Origin: Pecten maximus
Taxonomy: Eukaryota
Direction of reading: 5' to 3'
Length of the DNA stretch: 64,000 nucleotides
Assembly (NCBI RefSeq): GCF_902652985.1
Contig: NC_047025.1
Span: forward strand, 31,372,001-31,436,000
Shown here: positions 14,201 to 28,800 of the stretch, piece by piece
Position numbering within the stretch: position 1 is the stretch's first letter
Layout: the number at the start of each line of letters is the position of its first letter
Notes under the pieces: model-generated
Seen by the model: the letters and a program-made list of their open reading frames with translations, nothing else
Told to the model about the DNA's origin: nothing
Databases searched by the model: none
Program-made: the position numbers and the translations under genes

Positions 14201-15088
14201 AATGAGCAGGTGTTACTGGTGGTCAGAGCTAGTGGCCAGGAGGGTGGTGTACACGTGACATGTTTCAGTTTCAAAACCAAGCAGTGGTTCAAGCTGGCCT
14301 CGATATCAAATTATGATCCTGGTAGTGCTTTTGCCGCGTGTTCACTTGGGCAATTTATATATCTGACTGGGGGTTCAGGGAATCCGTGCGTATTTTTCGA
14401 ATATAGCATTGCAGCAAATAAGTGGACATCTTTGCCAAAATTCAGAGAAGCTAGGTCGGAGCACGTCGCTGTTGCTATTAGCGATTTCGTGTATATTCTA
14501 GGAGGAAGGAACCAGGTGCATAGTGTCATATCCGGCATAGAAAGATATAACCTTGGAACAAGGTCGTGGCGCCACTTCGGTGTTTTGGCGTTGCCGGTGT
14601 CGGACGCATCTGCTGCAGTGGTAGGTTCCAACATATTGGTGTGCGGTGGATCACTCTCATTTGGTGAATATACAGACGCCGTTCAATGCTTTGACACGGA
14701 AAAACAAACATGTTCTGTGATAGCTAATCTCCCAATGCAATGTAGCTTTACCGACATAGCGTTGCATGAACACATTCTATATATAGTAAGTCCTCGAGGT
14801 CACGTGATGGAATACGAGTACGACAGGGACCCCGTATTACTAGGAAAAGCTCACGCCTCCTCGTTCATGGACTTTTCGTGTGTCTGTTTTCGAGGTATGT
14901 TGTACATCATCGGCGGTACATCCAACAAGACGGAGTCAGCAGAAATGAAGGCATTTGAGTTACGCAACAAAAAACAAGACGCTCGCAAAAATGTGAATTT
15001 GCCATGGAAACGACTTTCAAATCAATACTATAGTATAATTGGAGGAATCAGTAGAAAATATCTTAGTGAAGAAATAAAGGCCGTTTAA
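11243..15088 (+). CDS. Kelch-like protein: degenerate N-terminal BTB + BTB + BACK + Kelch repeats
   Basis: One 2-kb coding exon, 13076-15088, after the acceptor TTTTATAG. BTB motif FSDVILKVEGQTFRCHKAILASVSPFFDTMF, BACK motif ETEVFEAVLKW, and GG-containing kelch blades (IYLTGG, VYILGG, ILVCGG, LYIIGG). The start codon is probably in an upstream ATG|GTAAGT exon at 11243-11245 (phase 0 matches; inferred). Confidence 0.9.
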
Positions 15089-15249
15089 ATGTAGTTAGGG
15101 TTTGATTATTTTAATTAAAAATTAGGCCAGACTGATTTACGACACATGAAAAACAGCAGAAATTTGCCAAATTCACAAAAATACCGTCAAAGATATCTCA
15201 AAATTTCTTGATCAAAATCTGGTGAACGTACTTTGTCGCAGATTATCGC

Positions 15250-15470
15250 ACAAAGGAATAATCTGGTTTAATAAATGACTACCATATATGAATTCTACAA
15301 TACAAATTCATTGGAAATGGAAAAGATTTCCTTGTTGTATTTTGTGGTATTTCAAAAGCTTTTGATAACATATGGCATGAAGGTTTAATTTATAATTTGG
15401 AAAGTTTTTATATATAATTTACAGATAATTCACTAAAACCACTAAAAGGCCATATTCTTTGCCCTCTATT
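15250..15470 (+). mobile_element. Degenerate LINE (CR1/L2-type) reverse-transcriptase fragment
   Basis: ~15337-15400 translates to VFCGISKAFDNIWHEGLIYNL, resembling the RT motif VFCDISKAFDxVWHxGL. Confidence 0.7.
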
Positions 15471-16126
15471 ATATAGTTTTTTTCGGACCATTAAGTAAAT
15501 TCTGTCATTATTGTCAATCAAATATGACTTCCATTGTTATATTTTTTTCTATTACAATCAATAGAAGTATCCCTCCATGACACTTTCGCAATCAAGCTAT
15601 TGCAGCATCTGGTGAACTTCTGAACGCATACATTTTCCAGAGAGTATTTTTTCTTTGACAAAGGAATCAAGTCACAAGTTTCAGAGAGCCACTTTACAAT
15701 AGTACTTAGCTGTAAACCATTCAGTCATTAATTGACCATCTTCGTTAACATTGATAGTAGACTATAAAACAACGATTGGTTTCCTTCCTTGCGTGGTATC
15801 TTAACTACTGGCCTAATAGAATTGGAGAAAACGGCATACACGTTTAACGATCACTGGCCTTGCTTGATTGTTTTTATATTTCTCATCATAGTGCACGCAT
15901 GTCTCGTTCCCCCTGACTTCCCCAAAGTTTTCGTGAGTTGCAGTTATCTTGCATTTTCAGAGTGATTTTAATACAATTCAAATTCTTTTCCTACTATTCA
16001 GTTGTCAGAAAATGGGGTAGATATCCATCGGAACAAAGCTTTTTAAAATTTCAAACACGTGATTACTAGTAGTGCGTGATTAGCGCTGCCCTCTGAAATG
16101 CCAACTGCTAAAGGTATGTTGGAAAC

Positions 16127-16281
16127 CACAGGGGCTTGGCACGATTTTCCAAATGATGGTCCATATATATATGTATTACGGTTGGCACGATTTTCCAAAT
16201 GATGGTCCATATGTATATGTATTATAGTGTAATACATATATATATGGACCATCATTTGGAAAATCGTGCCAAGCCCCTGTG
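16127..16281. mobile_element. Fold-back palindromic MITE (P-element-like)
   Basis: CACAGGGGCTTGGCACGATTTTCCAAATGATGGTCCAT...ATGGACCATCATTTGGAAAATCGTGCCAAGCCCCTGTG. The left arm is internally duplicated. Flanks TTGGAAAC/TTGGAAAA form an 8-bp TSD with one mismatch. Confidence 0.75.
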
Positions 16282-19200
16282 TTGGAAAACAATCATCTCA
16301 ACCACTGACGCTGAAATATCCGGCCTCCCTAGAAAACGTGAAGAGGCAATATCAAGTCAGCATCAATTCCGCACTATCACAAGGAGACAAACACGAACAC
16401 ATATTCGACCCGGTTAGAGAAAATCTACGAATCGATTGTTAGGATTGTCTTGAAACACTGGCGACATATTCGTCTTGATAACTACAGCCAACACGAATTG
16501 GATCTCGATGAAAGCGGCGGGCAGCTGTGTTAATGTACACGGGGTAAACGGGAGGCAGTGTTGTCTAAAAACGTTTATTCTCGAAAACGTGATGTCCTCT
16601 TCTTGGTCAACTTCCTCTAAACTATAATGTCAGAAACTCAACTATAATTATTATTCTTCCCACCCAACCAAAAAAAATAGTTTTTATCGCATTTTTTTCT
16701 TTGCGAAAACAATAAACTCACATTAACAAATCAATACATATACAAATTGTTTTCTCACAAACTCAACGAGAATGTGAAATTCGACATCAAACTATCAACA
16801 TGAAATGAGGACAAAAAACAGTTGTAATTTCTTTTGTATTATCTGACGCCAAAAAGGCGTGTGACCGTTAGACGAAAAACCTTTTTTCTTTTCTAATGTG
16901 CGTGCGAACGTGTTTCAGTTAACTAGTAAAGAACCAGCTCTAAATGTCAACCCAGATCTTTAAAATGGCAGATAATTTTTCAAATTAACGTGCTTTTGAA
17001 CTACCAATTGCTGTATCAAACTTCTTCCTGTCTTGTATTTTGATCTTTAACAGATTCAGTTGTTGGGTCACTAGCCTTGTTTGTCCGGACTGTACGCAAC
17101 CCTTTTGAAGAATGTAGATCTAAAAGCCATGTGTCGTCAATTTATCGAGATTGCGTACCAGCGTATACGATGGTAATGAAGGTGACATGGACATTGCCAT
17201 AATAAAATGACAATTGTTAAATCGTCATGTTAGTATTTAGTGTGTATTCACTGTACACGGACTGAAAAGAAAAACCCCGTATCCCATATTCCACCGCGCA
17301 TGATCAAATTTGAAAACTATACTTTCTTATACCATAAATATGAAGTTGCCGGAGATTTATCTGGTGGGTTTCATCAATGAAGCAGAAGAGTCGCCTACTG
17401 AACACTTGGTCTCATTCCCCTCGAACATTTTCAATAGTCTTCACGTACATATATATTTTGGTAATATTTTGCCCATGTCATTTTTTCTATTAATGTTGTG
17501 TATGTGTTGGTATTCTCAGTTTTTGTACTAGTAGGTATGTACTTGTGCAGGTAGATGGTTTTGTCTTCGAGAGAGCTCTTCACCCAGTAAACTGATTACA
17601 AAACATAATGCAGACAAACTAACAAATCCATGCAACCAAAACACAAAGAACACGGTTGGGAAGGACAGTACAATAAATCGACAATTATAGAATTTAAAAA
17701 AAAAAAATTGTTATCTGAAAATGTCAACAAATACGTCATTTTTTCAAGTCCACGTTAGGTACATGCAAACATAGGTCAGTCAGTCAGTCAGTCAGTCAGG
17801 GATTTTTGTAGAAATGTCATTTCAAGTTTATATCAAATTGGTTTGGTTACATACGATTCCATGGAGTAATAAATAATCATACAAGTTTGAGGTGATGAAT
17901 ATGGGATTTTTATTGACTTAAATGATCATATAACATGAACATAAATTAGATATACTATATAAAATCACTATCAGGGTGTTTCTGTCAACACAACACTAAA
18001 CACTGGAAGGGCATTATCATACACGAAAATAATTATCAAGTAATAATAATAACAAAACCGAATGAAGTGGAAAACTTGGATATTGTGGCATTGATGCATG
18101 AAAAGAGGAAGAAGGGTCATAACATGTGAGGTTCATGGACTTGGCGACCCCAGAATGTGTTGGGTATCACTGGTCACATGATTGCATGCTGGCTACTCGC
18201 TCCATATGTACACACCAGCTGCATGACGAGCGACTCCATAATGGATGTAGACTGGATTGCCTGCCTTGGTACCATTTCTTTCCACTAGGCTGCACAAATG
18301 AATACGATTACTAGTTGTATTGCAAACAATCCAGTCAATAATATATGCAGATTCAATGGCCATGTGACCCCATGACCGCATGTTTGGGGTTCACTAGACA
18401 CGACTCCATAATGTATGGAGATTCACTGGCCATGTGACCCCATGACCCCATGTTTGAGGTTCACTATATAATGTATGGGGATTTACTAGGTACATGACCT
18501 CAGTTGTAACCCCAGAATGCCCACTGGCCTCATGATCCCATGTGTGGTGTTCACTAACCTTGTGAACCAATGTTGGTGTTATGGTCTGGTGATTCCATGT
18601 GAAGTGTGTAGTTTCATAGTTATAATACACCTGCCATTAATAAATTAAGAACATATTTCAATCATAGCAATCCCTCATAACAAAATGAATAATTTCAGAT
18701 ACATTTTCACTGAAAAAAGTCTTTCTAACATTTCCTTCATAACATTGCATTGATTTACATAATAGTGAAAACAGTGCTTACCTATTGTCTTTTTCCTTCA
18801 AAAAAACTGCATTTGTGTTTAATTTGAAAAAGTTACTATTCTCTTCACCAAAATTAAATGCTACATGCATACATGGTCCCAAACACTCTTATATACACAT
18901 GTACAGTATCTATATTGAGACTGCGTATTATTGCGACTAGTAACAATGTTCAAATTCTGTTTCAAGGATGTATCACAAGTCATACATTCTAGAGGTCCTA
19001 AATTGATGTTGTACAGCACTGTTAAACTACTCATACTTGGATTTTTTTTTTTATTTTATTTATTTGAAAATAAGGAATTAAAATGTATTCCTATGATAGC
19101 AGGCTTTCACACAAATAGAACTTCAGTATACCAAGAATGAGTAATACTAAATCATGTGACCTTTTCAACATACATTATCATCCAAATGCTTGTATTAATT

Positions 19201-22200
19201 TATGTTTGCAATTGTTGAAATTGAGTCATATGAGGAAGGCATTGGAAAAGTAATAATAACTGACATCCTATTTGCATGACAGCAATGGGGGTACGGCATG
19301 TTTGACATTAGAAATATCCTAATCCCTGTTAGACAGGACTCTATGGAAACTTTATATCCAACTTAAGATATTTTGTAACTGGATTAAATTTACCTTGTTT
19401 GGCTTGAGGAGAGTGGAATGGGGTATCATCTCATGATCTTCCTGTAGCAGGATAATAAATGTTAACATGCACAACAACGTCCATTTAACAAGTTTTATTT
19501 CAGGCATTTTCTCAACAATTGTGTGAGACATTGTTTTAGGGAATCAAACTTCATTACATTCAAATAATAATACACTATATTACTTTATAGTGGACATGAA
19601 TTTTATCAAATTACAAGTTTGATCATTTTCTAGACTGTTTGCTAGCCACAATAACTAGAGAGAAAAATCAAATAAAAACAGTGCAGTAAACTATGACCTC
19701 TCTTTTCATTAACATATATGATATGATCTGTTGAAAGTTAAGTAACATACATGAATGAGCACTAATTTAAATAATCTATACAACTTAAGTATAATAATTA
19801 TACATATCATAATGTCCACCCATATTTTCTATCCTCCACTTCAACACTATGTAACTATTCAAAACACCATACAATCATGCACTTTCACTTCACAGACATG
19901 TAAAATGTGTTTGTATAATTTTAACATATATTGCAGTATTTTAGCACATACCAAATAAGACTACAAATGTTATGGTACTAGCTTTTAATATCTTCCTTCG
20001 TAGGAGGTCTCCCTATAAAAAAACTCTTTACACATTACTACAGCCATTAACTTAGCTATAGTACTCACACTAACATTCAATTGCACGAAGTCAAGTGTAA
20101 ATGAAAAACATACGAAGGGATATAGCCCCTTTTAGATTAAATCCCATTTCCTTCCCAATTACAAACATTAAACACTCAAGCTGCAAACTTTAATGATTAA
20201 GAATAACTTGGCACTAATCCAACTGTTTAATTACCTCATACAAAACTCATGAAATAATTTTCCTGTCATAGATTTATACCATAAATTTCTTTAAGAAGAG
20301 ATGTTCAGACTCAATATACATCAGCATACTTTACTGTACAGCGGTAACTACGTTAACAAGATGTACTGGTATTATTTGTACAGCTGACATAAAAAACAAG
20401 TATGAATTTAGTCTCTGGGCAAGTGAATAGAGGGATAACTTCCCAATACACATAAGTGCTTCTCTGTATAGAACTCAGTGTGAAAATTGGATAATTGCAT
20501 TCAAAAAATGGTGCAAGATTAAGGAAAATCCTTCCAGCACATCCTTTTCACAATCTGAAAATTCACAAATTTTACGAAGACTCAACATACCAAATCACGA
20601 GGAGGAAATTGATATTACAGAAACCCAGTTGAGCTGCTATTTTCAGTCATATTTTGATTATAGAATTCAACTATTGGCTAATTCGTTTGCTGCCAATACT
20701 TTTTGTTGAACCATAATGTACGCCTTAAGCTTGTTGGTAGAAATAAAACAGCAAGGTCATAAAAGATTCAGAAAGCACCAAATAACTGGAAAAGCTTTGA
20801 GCAAAACTCAAATCTTCCATTCCATGTTGTAGACAGTGATGTTGCTCTGTACAGTAAGATAAAAGCAAGGGTTTCATTAAATACCAATTTCAGGTTTACA
20901 GTTTAAAAAGATCCAAATAGCGTAAAAACAGTTTCATGAGATAATACAAATACAGCATGGGTTAGTTGTATACATGTACATTGAGTTCATGCTGCATTAA
21001 CCCATGCATAACAACTACTTATACCATTACAAGTAAAAAAAAAAAAAAAAAGTGGAAACAAAAAAATCAACAATGAGGGATCCTTAATTGATGGCAAATA
21101 AAAAGTTTGCTATTTAGTGCAATTACACTACATGTACCAAGGAGACAAATAATAATAATTATCTTATATATATATATATACATATAGTAAGAGTGACTTC
21201 ATGTCACCAACTTCAGTTCTATTTTCCCGAACATTACACAAATTAATGTTGCAAAGCCTTCAATTTGAATACAAATGTATATGATTTACCGGTATATGTC
21301 ACTAAAGAAGTTGATCTCCACTCAAGTATTTACAGCAGTAAACCAAGTGTTTATTCTTGATGCATAACAAATTGAATGGACAGTTTGTATTGCATGCAAT
21401 AACAGAACTGATGAAGACATGGCTATTTGCAATTAGCAGCATTTAATGTCACGCAACAGCAGCAGTTGCGTAAGATTTTCATTTTGAACAACCATTCTGG
21501 GTAGAAACTCAAACTTGTCCAAGATATTATGGTCCTTTATCATTGTGCAAGGTTTGATCAAAATTCCTCAAGGAATGTAGTCCCCAGAGCACTGAAATCT
21601 TTGGCGTTATGTAAATATTGTATGTTTGAGACTGATGAATGGTAACCTTTAGTCCCCATATTTCACCTGTAGGCGACAAATAATGTGGTATGTTGATGCA
21701 ATATGAGCCTTAGTCTTGTTGACTGGTTTGTAATTATATCAAAGGAAAGTTTTGAATAGCAACAGCTATTTGTTTTTAAATTCTAGATTAGCAAAATCAG
21801 CAAGAAGCAGATCAGATGCCAATGATCTCTCAATGCTTTTTTTTTTTTTTTTTAAATATTTTGCTGTAAGAGGCTGATAATGAATTTTAATCATTTGCAA
21901 CAAATATCAAACAAATTACATCAACTTACAATACTCACTCACGTGGACCCAGGTTGGTGGTCTCAATGTGGAGGGAACACAGAAAATCAGGAAGATCCCC
22001 CCCAGGGTGGTTGAGTGGGATCTTAATTTACTTTGTAATCAGCAGAACTTTGTCTAAATCTGTTTGTTTCAGTTTTACTGTACTTTGAAAGTCAATTACC
22101 ACTCCAGTGGATTATCGCATGAAACCTGCATTCTTCTCAAACTATTAACATCATCCTGTCCTTTACTGTAGTCATTCACCTCTTATCATTATACATATTT

Positions 22201-22875
22201 AACAAAGTCTGCTGTCTTCGCTGCTGTTGTGTGACATTATCAGAATCAGATTCTAAAGATTGTAGCCTTCCACTCCTTGGCAGTGGTAATCACACCAATC
22301 CTATCTATGGCCCGAAAGTTTTCAACAAATCAAACAAAACACACATAAATATCCTCCAAAAGGATACTTAACTAGATATTTTTCTTACATCTTCATAAAA
22401 GTCTCTGATGAATAAACAAAATGTGCATCAAGTGCTGATTACATTGTTATATTAACCCCTTTACTTCACAAAAATGTGACTATTGATTTGGTATATCTTA
22501 TTAAAGAGTGTCAAAATGATTGTGAAGGGTTATTCTTAACAATAGTTAAGTGTTTAGGTAGGTGACTAATATATCATATTCTTCATAAACACTAAAACAC
22601 AAACGATTTTCGCCACCTAGCTGAAAAAAGAAATAGACATTTACTAGCTAGTGGGATTTGCAAACAGTAAGACTCTTAGTCATGTTATAATGACACTGAC
22701 CAGCATAATCTTCACGATCTCTTGTTGTGAGTGACAAAAGATTAACAAGCCTTCTGTAACCTTCATCAAACATGTTCATGCAGCTTGTCTCATTCCTTTT
22801 TTTGTAAGTCTTGCACATTTATGTTATTTTACATTAAAAGTTTTTTTAAAAGTCGCTCAGCGTGTTGAGGTTATA

Positions 22876-25800
22876 CTACAGTAATAACTTGCTGATGATA
22901 ATTCCTATCACAAGTGCAGCAATAAGGTAGACAACTGGGGGAAGGTTCATGGCCTGAGCTTGGGAGGACGACGACGACACTGAGGCTGGGGCAGGGGTAG
23001 ACTTCACTGTGTCCGACATTGCAACCTTCCGTAGACGTACCTCATTTTCCTGTGGGAAAAAAACATTTGTTACATCTGTAACCATCATACTACTTAAAAC
23101 TCCATTACTGAGAAATTTTTTTTTTTAGCTTTTCACTAAGATTATAAGACTTTGAATGTAACATTACCTTTAGAGAACTAACTTCATCCCGAAGACTCTG
23201 TACCTCCTTTTCCAATCTGTGTTTATCTTCCAGAGATTTTCTTAACTCTGCATCTTGACTTGTGGCCTGTAATAAAGAAAATATGATACTTAAGAAACAA
23301 GCATTCTGTGAGTTTTGCTAAACCAATACATGTCCCCTACCGGAGCCCTCAAGTTAAAACTTTAGCCAAATTTTAGTAAAAAAGTTTAGCCAAAACTGAA
23401 ACATGATCATTTTATGAAAATAAGTTCATTCCAAACAATGTGTAAATTCAAATCTATTGGGTTGAATAAACAATGTTTCCTGCCCCTAAAAGATATACAG
23501 GTATTCTTTTGGTATGTCTACTGCACAGAGTAAAAGAATCTAAAGTGAATTTAAAGTGAAATGTGTAATAACAGCCTTGGATTGATACTCACAATTAAAA
23601 AGCAGCAACCTAATATCATTATTAAGTGAATGGAGAGCCATTACAAAACTTTAACCTCAAGAATACAGAGAAAACAGTTAAGTCCATAATATGGAAAAAA
23701 TTTCAAAAAATACAAAAGTAATGCCACACACCCAAAGAACCTCTATACAAAGAATCAGCATCCTAATACCATAAATGAATGGTGTGCCATTATAAAACTT
23801 AAACCAAAACTTTAACCTGAAGAATACAGAGAAAAAAGTTAAGTTCATAATATGCCAAAATTTTCAAAAAATGAAAATATTTTTTCCAGTTTAAACCTTA
23901 CAAAAGTAATGCCACACACCCAAAGAACCTCTATGCAACGAATCAGCATCCTAATACCATTATTAAGAGAATGGTGTGCCATTATAAAGCTTTAACCAGA
24001 CGGACTGACTGACGGACGCAGGAAAAACCTATAGCCCCCCCGGTTTCACCTGTAGGGGACTAATAAAAGCCATGTGAGCCTGCGGGCTGGCTCACATTGA
24101 TAAACCTAACCCCTTTCACCAATAAAACAAGAGGCCCATGGGCCTTGACATTCATCTGACTATAAAGACCCTATAGTATTTGTGTAGTATACATGAATAC
24201 TCACTAGCAGTACAGAGAACAATGCAGATTCTATGTGGGAATTTGGACCAGCTTAAATAAGTAACACTTTATCAGGATCATTCTAGGCAATGTTCAACTA
24301 AATCCAACTGGTGAATCAGTGGAAAACTTTTAAGAATATCATTTTTAAAATGGCAGTCTTAGCAGCATTCTGGGATTTTAGACCATTCTGAAAACTATCA
24401 ACACTTGGCCAGGATCATCTCAGGATCATTTCAGGCAAGTCTGAGCTGAATCCCACTGGTAGAACCATAAATGTGCAATGGCGACTGTGGCTGCCGTGTG
24501 GTAGTTTTTACAACACTGAACATAACCACACATTGTTGGTTGTCTTTCTTTCTATAACACCTCCTTACTAATTTTCAGCTCAATGACACAAGTTGAACTA
24601 GAGAGTAGTTTGAAATGGTTTTTTTTCAAAATGGTGGCCATGGATTTTGAACCAACCAAAGTTTGAAATGTGAACAGTTTTCAGATATCAGATAGCAAAC
24701 AGTAGACAGCGATGGACAGAGCACAAAGGCACATAGATCATCCTGACCGTTTGGGTCGGATGACCTAAATAATCTCTATCACCAGCTTTTTATTTTGAAA
24801 ATTGTCAAGGGTGACATTTGACCTTTAATGGTGACTTATGACCACCAAAATCTAATCAGGTGTAAAATTTGAAGCAATATGATCTAAGTCTGTCCATGGT
24901 TCATGAGATATCTTGTACAGATACACATATCTCATTTATAGCTCCCCCCACCCCCACCACACACACAAATTAAACTAAGTAGGGTATAATAAACTGCAAA
25001 CTCAGTATGTAGTAGCCCAGAGACATAAACTACTTGATTACTTTGGTTGGTGGAGAGCTCTCTAGCTGAACTTGTTTCACAGGTTTTAATGGCTTCTCTT
25101 CGGGTTCTTTGCTGACCTATAAAAGAAGTATTATTTACTGTAGTATTGTATCACAAGACATGTTCAAAAAAAAATTTTTAATTAGATATATTTTGATCAG
25201 GCAACATTTTAATATACAGTGGAACTTCGTTAACTCTAACTCGACTTCGAGTTAAGCGGGGTATTCAAGTTTTCCGAGTTCGAGTTAATGAAGTTCCACT
25301 GTATATACAATCCAAAGTCCTAGTAACTCAATAAATAATATTTTCATCTTGCAATTCACATTTAACTCAGTACATAATGAAAGTAGATAATTGTACCATA
25401 GCACAGATGCATAAAAAGTTGAAAGGGTAAAGGGTAATGGGTTGCATATATGTGCGATCATTGTAGCACAACTGTGGCAGAAAAAGATTTGTTTTTTTTT
25501 ACATTGTTTGGAAAATACATGTGCATGAAAGAGTTCATTTCAGCTTTAGGCCCTGACAATGTATAATGTGCAATCAGTAAGATATGCTGATGTTGCGCTG
25601 TATGAGAAGATAAGATTGCCTGTGTATTCTGAAAAACAGTGTTAACTAAGCATTTTGATTTTTTAGTTGCATCCAGACCACTCCTTAATTATATCCAATA
25701 AACATGCCCTCATAATCACCCAGGGAAAGCGACAAGGTTTCATGGTAAATTTGAATGAGCTGGCTGCCTGATCATGGAGAGTGACAGGATTAGCTTTCAG

Positions 25801-28800
25801 GTCCAGTTGAAATGCTAAATTTCCAAATTATGGTGTGTGACTTTGGGGGTATAAAATAAGCTTGGTAGATATTAAGTCCATTAGGCTGCTAATTATTCAA
25901 AAACAGGCATGTTCTGACCTGATCTTACTATAAATTTAAATTTTAACTTGAAAGTAGTACTTTTGTAAATGCACCTGCAGGTTATTGCATTTTCATTTTT
26001 CAAATGGACCATTCATTACAAAATTTTATGCAATAGTTTGTATTTAAACAAAATATATATTAATGATGCAGAGACTCAATATTTAGGTCTCTGAACATAA
26101 CTTTTTGGTCACAAATCAAACATGTTGTGTTTTGGGGAATATACAAAGGCTTCTGCTTTACGATGTCGATCATAATAATCACAAAATACATATGTTGTTG
26201 CAAATCTGCCAAGCATTGGAAATAGGCTTATACACAATACCCTGTAGGTCAGGTATATTTGGGCCTTTATTTGCACTTTGCCAGGAGTTTTACCAATGAC
26301 GACTCAGATAGTTAAAACTCACACTTATTTTCGGAAGCATAATTTCATAGAATTCAAACAGATTCAACAACATTTTTTTTTAAACTGACCAATATAGATT
26401 TATTGTAAGTAGAATCTACTCCCCAAATCTTATAGATTATCAACTTACGCTTGATGGGGTAGCAGTATGACTGTTATCCACTGGCAGTTCAAACACACAC
26501 TTCAGTTTAGAGTCCATCAGATTTTCTGGGGTAACCTCCTTCCACTGTAATTAAAACACAAATTTTAGTTCAAGTTCAATAAGAGGCCCGACAGATCTGT
26601 ATTGCTCATCTAGATCACCTATTAATTCATATCCATCTTCTAAGAAATCAAGGTAGGTAGGTCAAATTCATTGACATAATATCTATTTTAGAAGAGGATA
26701 TTATTCTTTAGCTAAGGAACAGAAGGCTGTGAAGATTTTAATCAAATGACTTTAAAACTTGATATTGGTCATAAATGTGGATCCCAAAACTAAACATTCT
26801 TTTATATATACCAGAGTATGATGCTGCTTATAGGTCAAACATCATGAACCTTGGTTTCTTGGTCATTCCAAAAATAATTATGAATCTAAAATTAGGCCAA
26901 GGTAACAAAATTCATAGAGTAGACCTTTATTCCAACATGTTATAATACTGGCATTATGTCATGAACTTGGGCCTTTTAGTTATTCAGAAGTCTTTTTTAA
27001 AGAAGTAGGAGAAATACAGTACAGTGTACATATGTGCAGTAATGTTTTCTCCAACATTGGACATACATCTCATAACTTTTTGTCTTCTTAGTTTAAAGAA
27101 CATGACCAAAATCATTGGAATTCTTCATCGAGCCAAGTACATACAAAAATTATAACATGTGATGATGCTCTTCAGCATTTCCATCTTAAACACACTTACC
27201 AATTCTTCTTGGCTTTCAATGGGACCATCTGGTGCAAATAAGGTCTGTACCATAAACTTGTGCTTATTTCTTTCTGTGGGGTCATACTCAAATGGTTGCA
27301 GCATAACTGAAAGTAACATATAGAGATGTAGTGTATATAATTATTCACATGCATTTTTTTATTTTTAAACTTACAGATATCAAATTAACACAGGACAATA
27401 TAATTAATTATTGCAATTTATCTGTATCAACAATTACATTAAGGTAGTACATAACTATCTTTCTTCTATTTATTTTAAACAAGTATTTGTAGAAAACCAT
27501 GTAAGTCAGATACATGTACAGTTTAAACAAGAGGCCCAGGGGCCTTAACGGTCATCTGACTCTAAATTAAAACCCTTATATTATTGTAGTATGCATTCTC
27601 TGTAGCAAGTATATAGTGGCACTGTTGGCCATGGTGGCCATCTTGGATATCTGACCGACCCAATAAATAATAACACTTGGTCTGGACCATCTAAGGATCA
27701 TTTCTGGTAAGTTAGCTAGAGCTGAATCCCACCGGTGGAATTTGAGAAGAAGTTTGAAATAGGTGTTGTTCAGGAAAACCATGATTGCGCAATCATGTTA
27801 CAAAATGGCCGCCATTGCTGCCATGCCAAAGTTTTTACAAGGCCGAAAAAATAACAACACTTTGTTGGCACTCCTTCCTTAACATCCTCACCAATTTCGA
27901 GCTCAATGGCACCAGTGGAACTGGAGAAGAAGTTTAAAATGTGTTTTTTAAGATGGCGGATATGGCGGCCATCTTGCATTTCAGACCAATCTAAAAAATA
28001 ACAACACTTGGTCGGGATCATCTCAGGAACATTTCAGGCAAGTTTCAGCCCAACAGCACTGCTGGAACTTGAGAAAAGTTTAAAATGTGCTTTTCAAGAT
28101 GGCGCCTATGGCGGCCATCTTGGATTTCGGACCAACCCGAAAAATAACAACACTTGGTCACGATCATATCAGGATAATTTCAGGCAAGTTTCAGCTCAAT
28201 AGCACTGCTGGAACTTGAGAAAAGTTTAAAATGTGCTTTTCAAGATGGCGCCTATGGCGGCCATCTTGGATTTCGGACCAACCCGAAAAATAACAACACT
28301 TGGTCACGATCATATCAGGATCATTTCAGGCAAGTTTCAGCTCAATAGCAATTGTGGAACTTGAGAAGAAGTTTAAAATATGTTTTTCAAGATGGCGGCT
28401 ATGGCGGCCATCTTGGATTTTGGACCGACCCGAAAAATAACAACACTTGGTCGGGATAATCTCAGGATCATTTCTGGCAAGTTTCAGCCCAACAGCACTG
28501 GTGGAACTTGAGAAGAAGTTTAAAATGTGTTTTTCAAGATGGCGGCTATGGCGGCCATCTTGGATTTCGGACCGACCCGAAAAATAACAACACTTGGTCA
28601 GGATCATCTCAGGATCATTTCAGGCAAGTTTCAGCTCGAAAGCACTGGTGGAACTTGAGAAGAAGTTTAAAATGTGTTTTTCAAGATGGCGGCTTTGGCG
28701 GCCATCTTGGATTTCGGACCGACCCGAAAAATAACAACACTTGGTCGGGATCATATCAGGATCATTTCAGGCAAGTTTCATCTCAATAGCACTGGTGGAA

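Noticed and set aside
14065-14711. Antisense ORFs within the kelch exon (and 54161-55421 within the propeller ORF)
   Set aside because: Shadow ORFs of real coding sequence with no independent features.
18120-18610. Short ORFs and CATGTGACCCCATGACC-like repeats
   Set aside because: An old degenerate tandem repeat with no coherent reading frame or splice structure.
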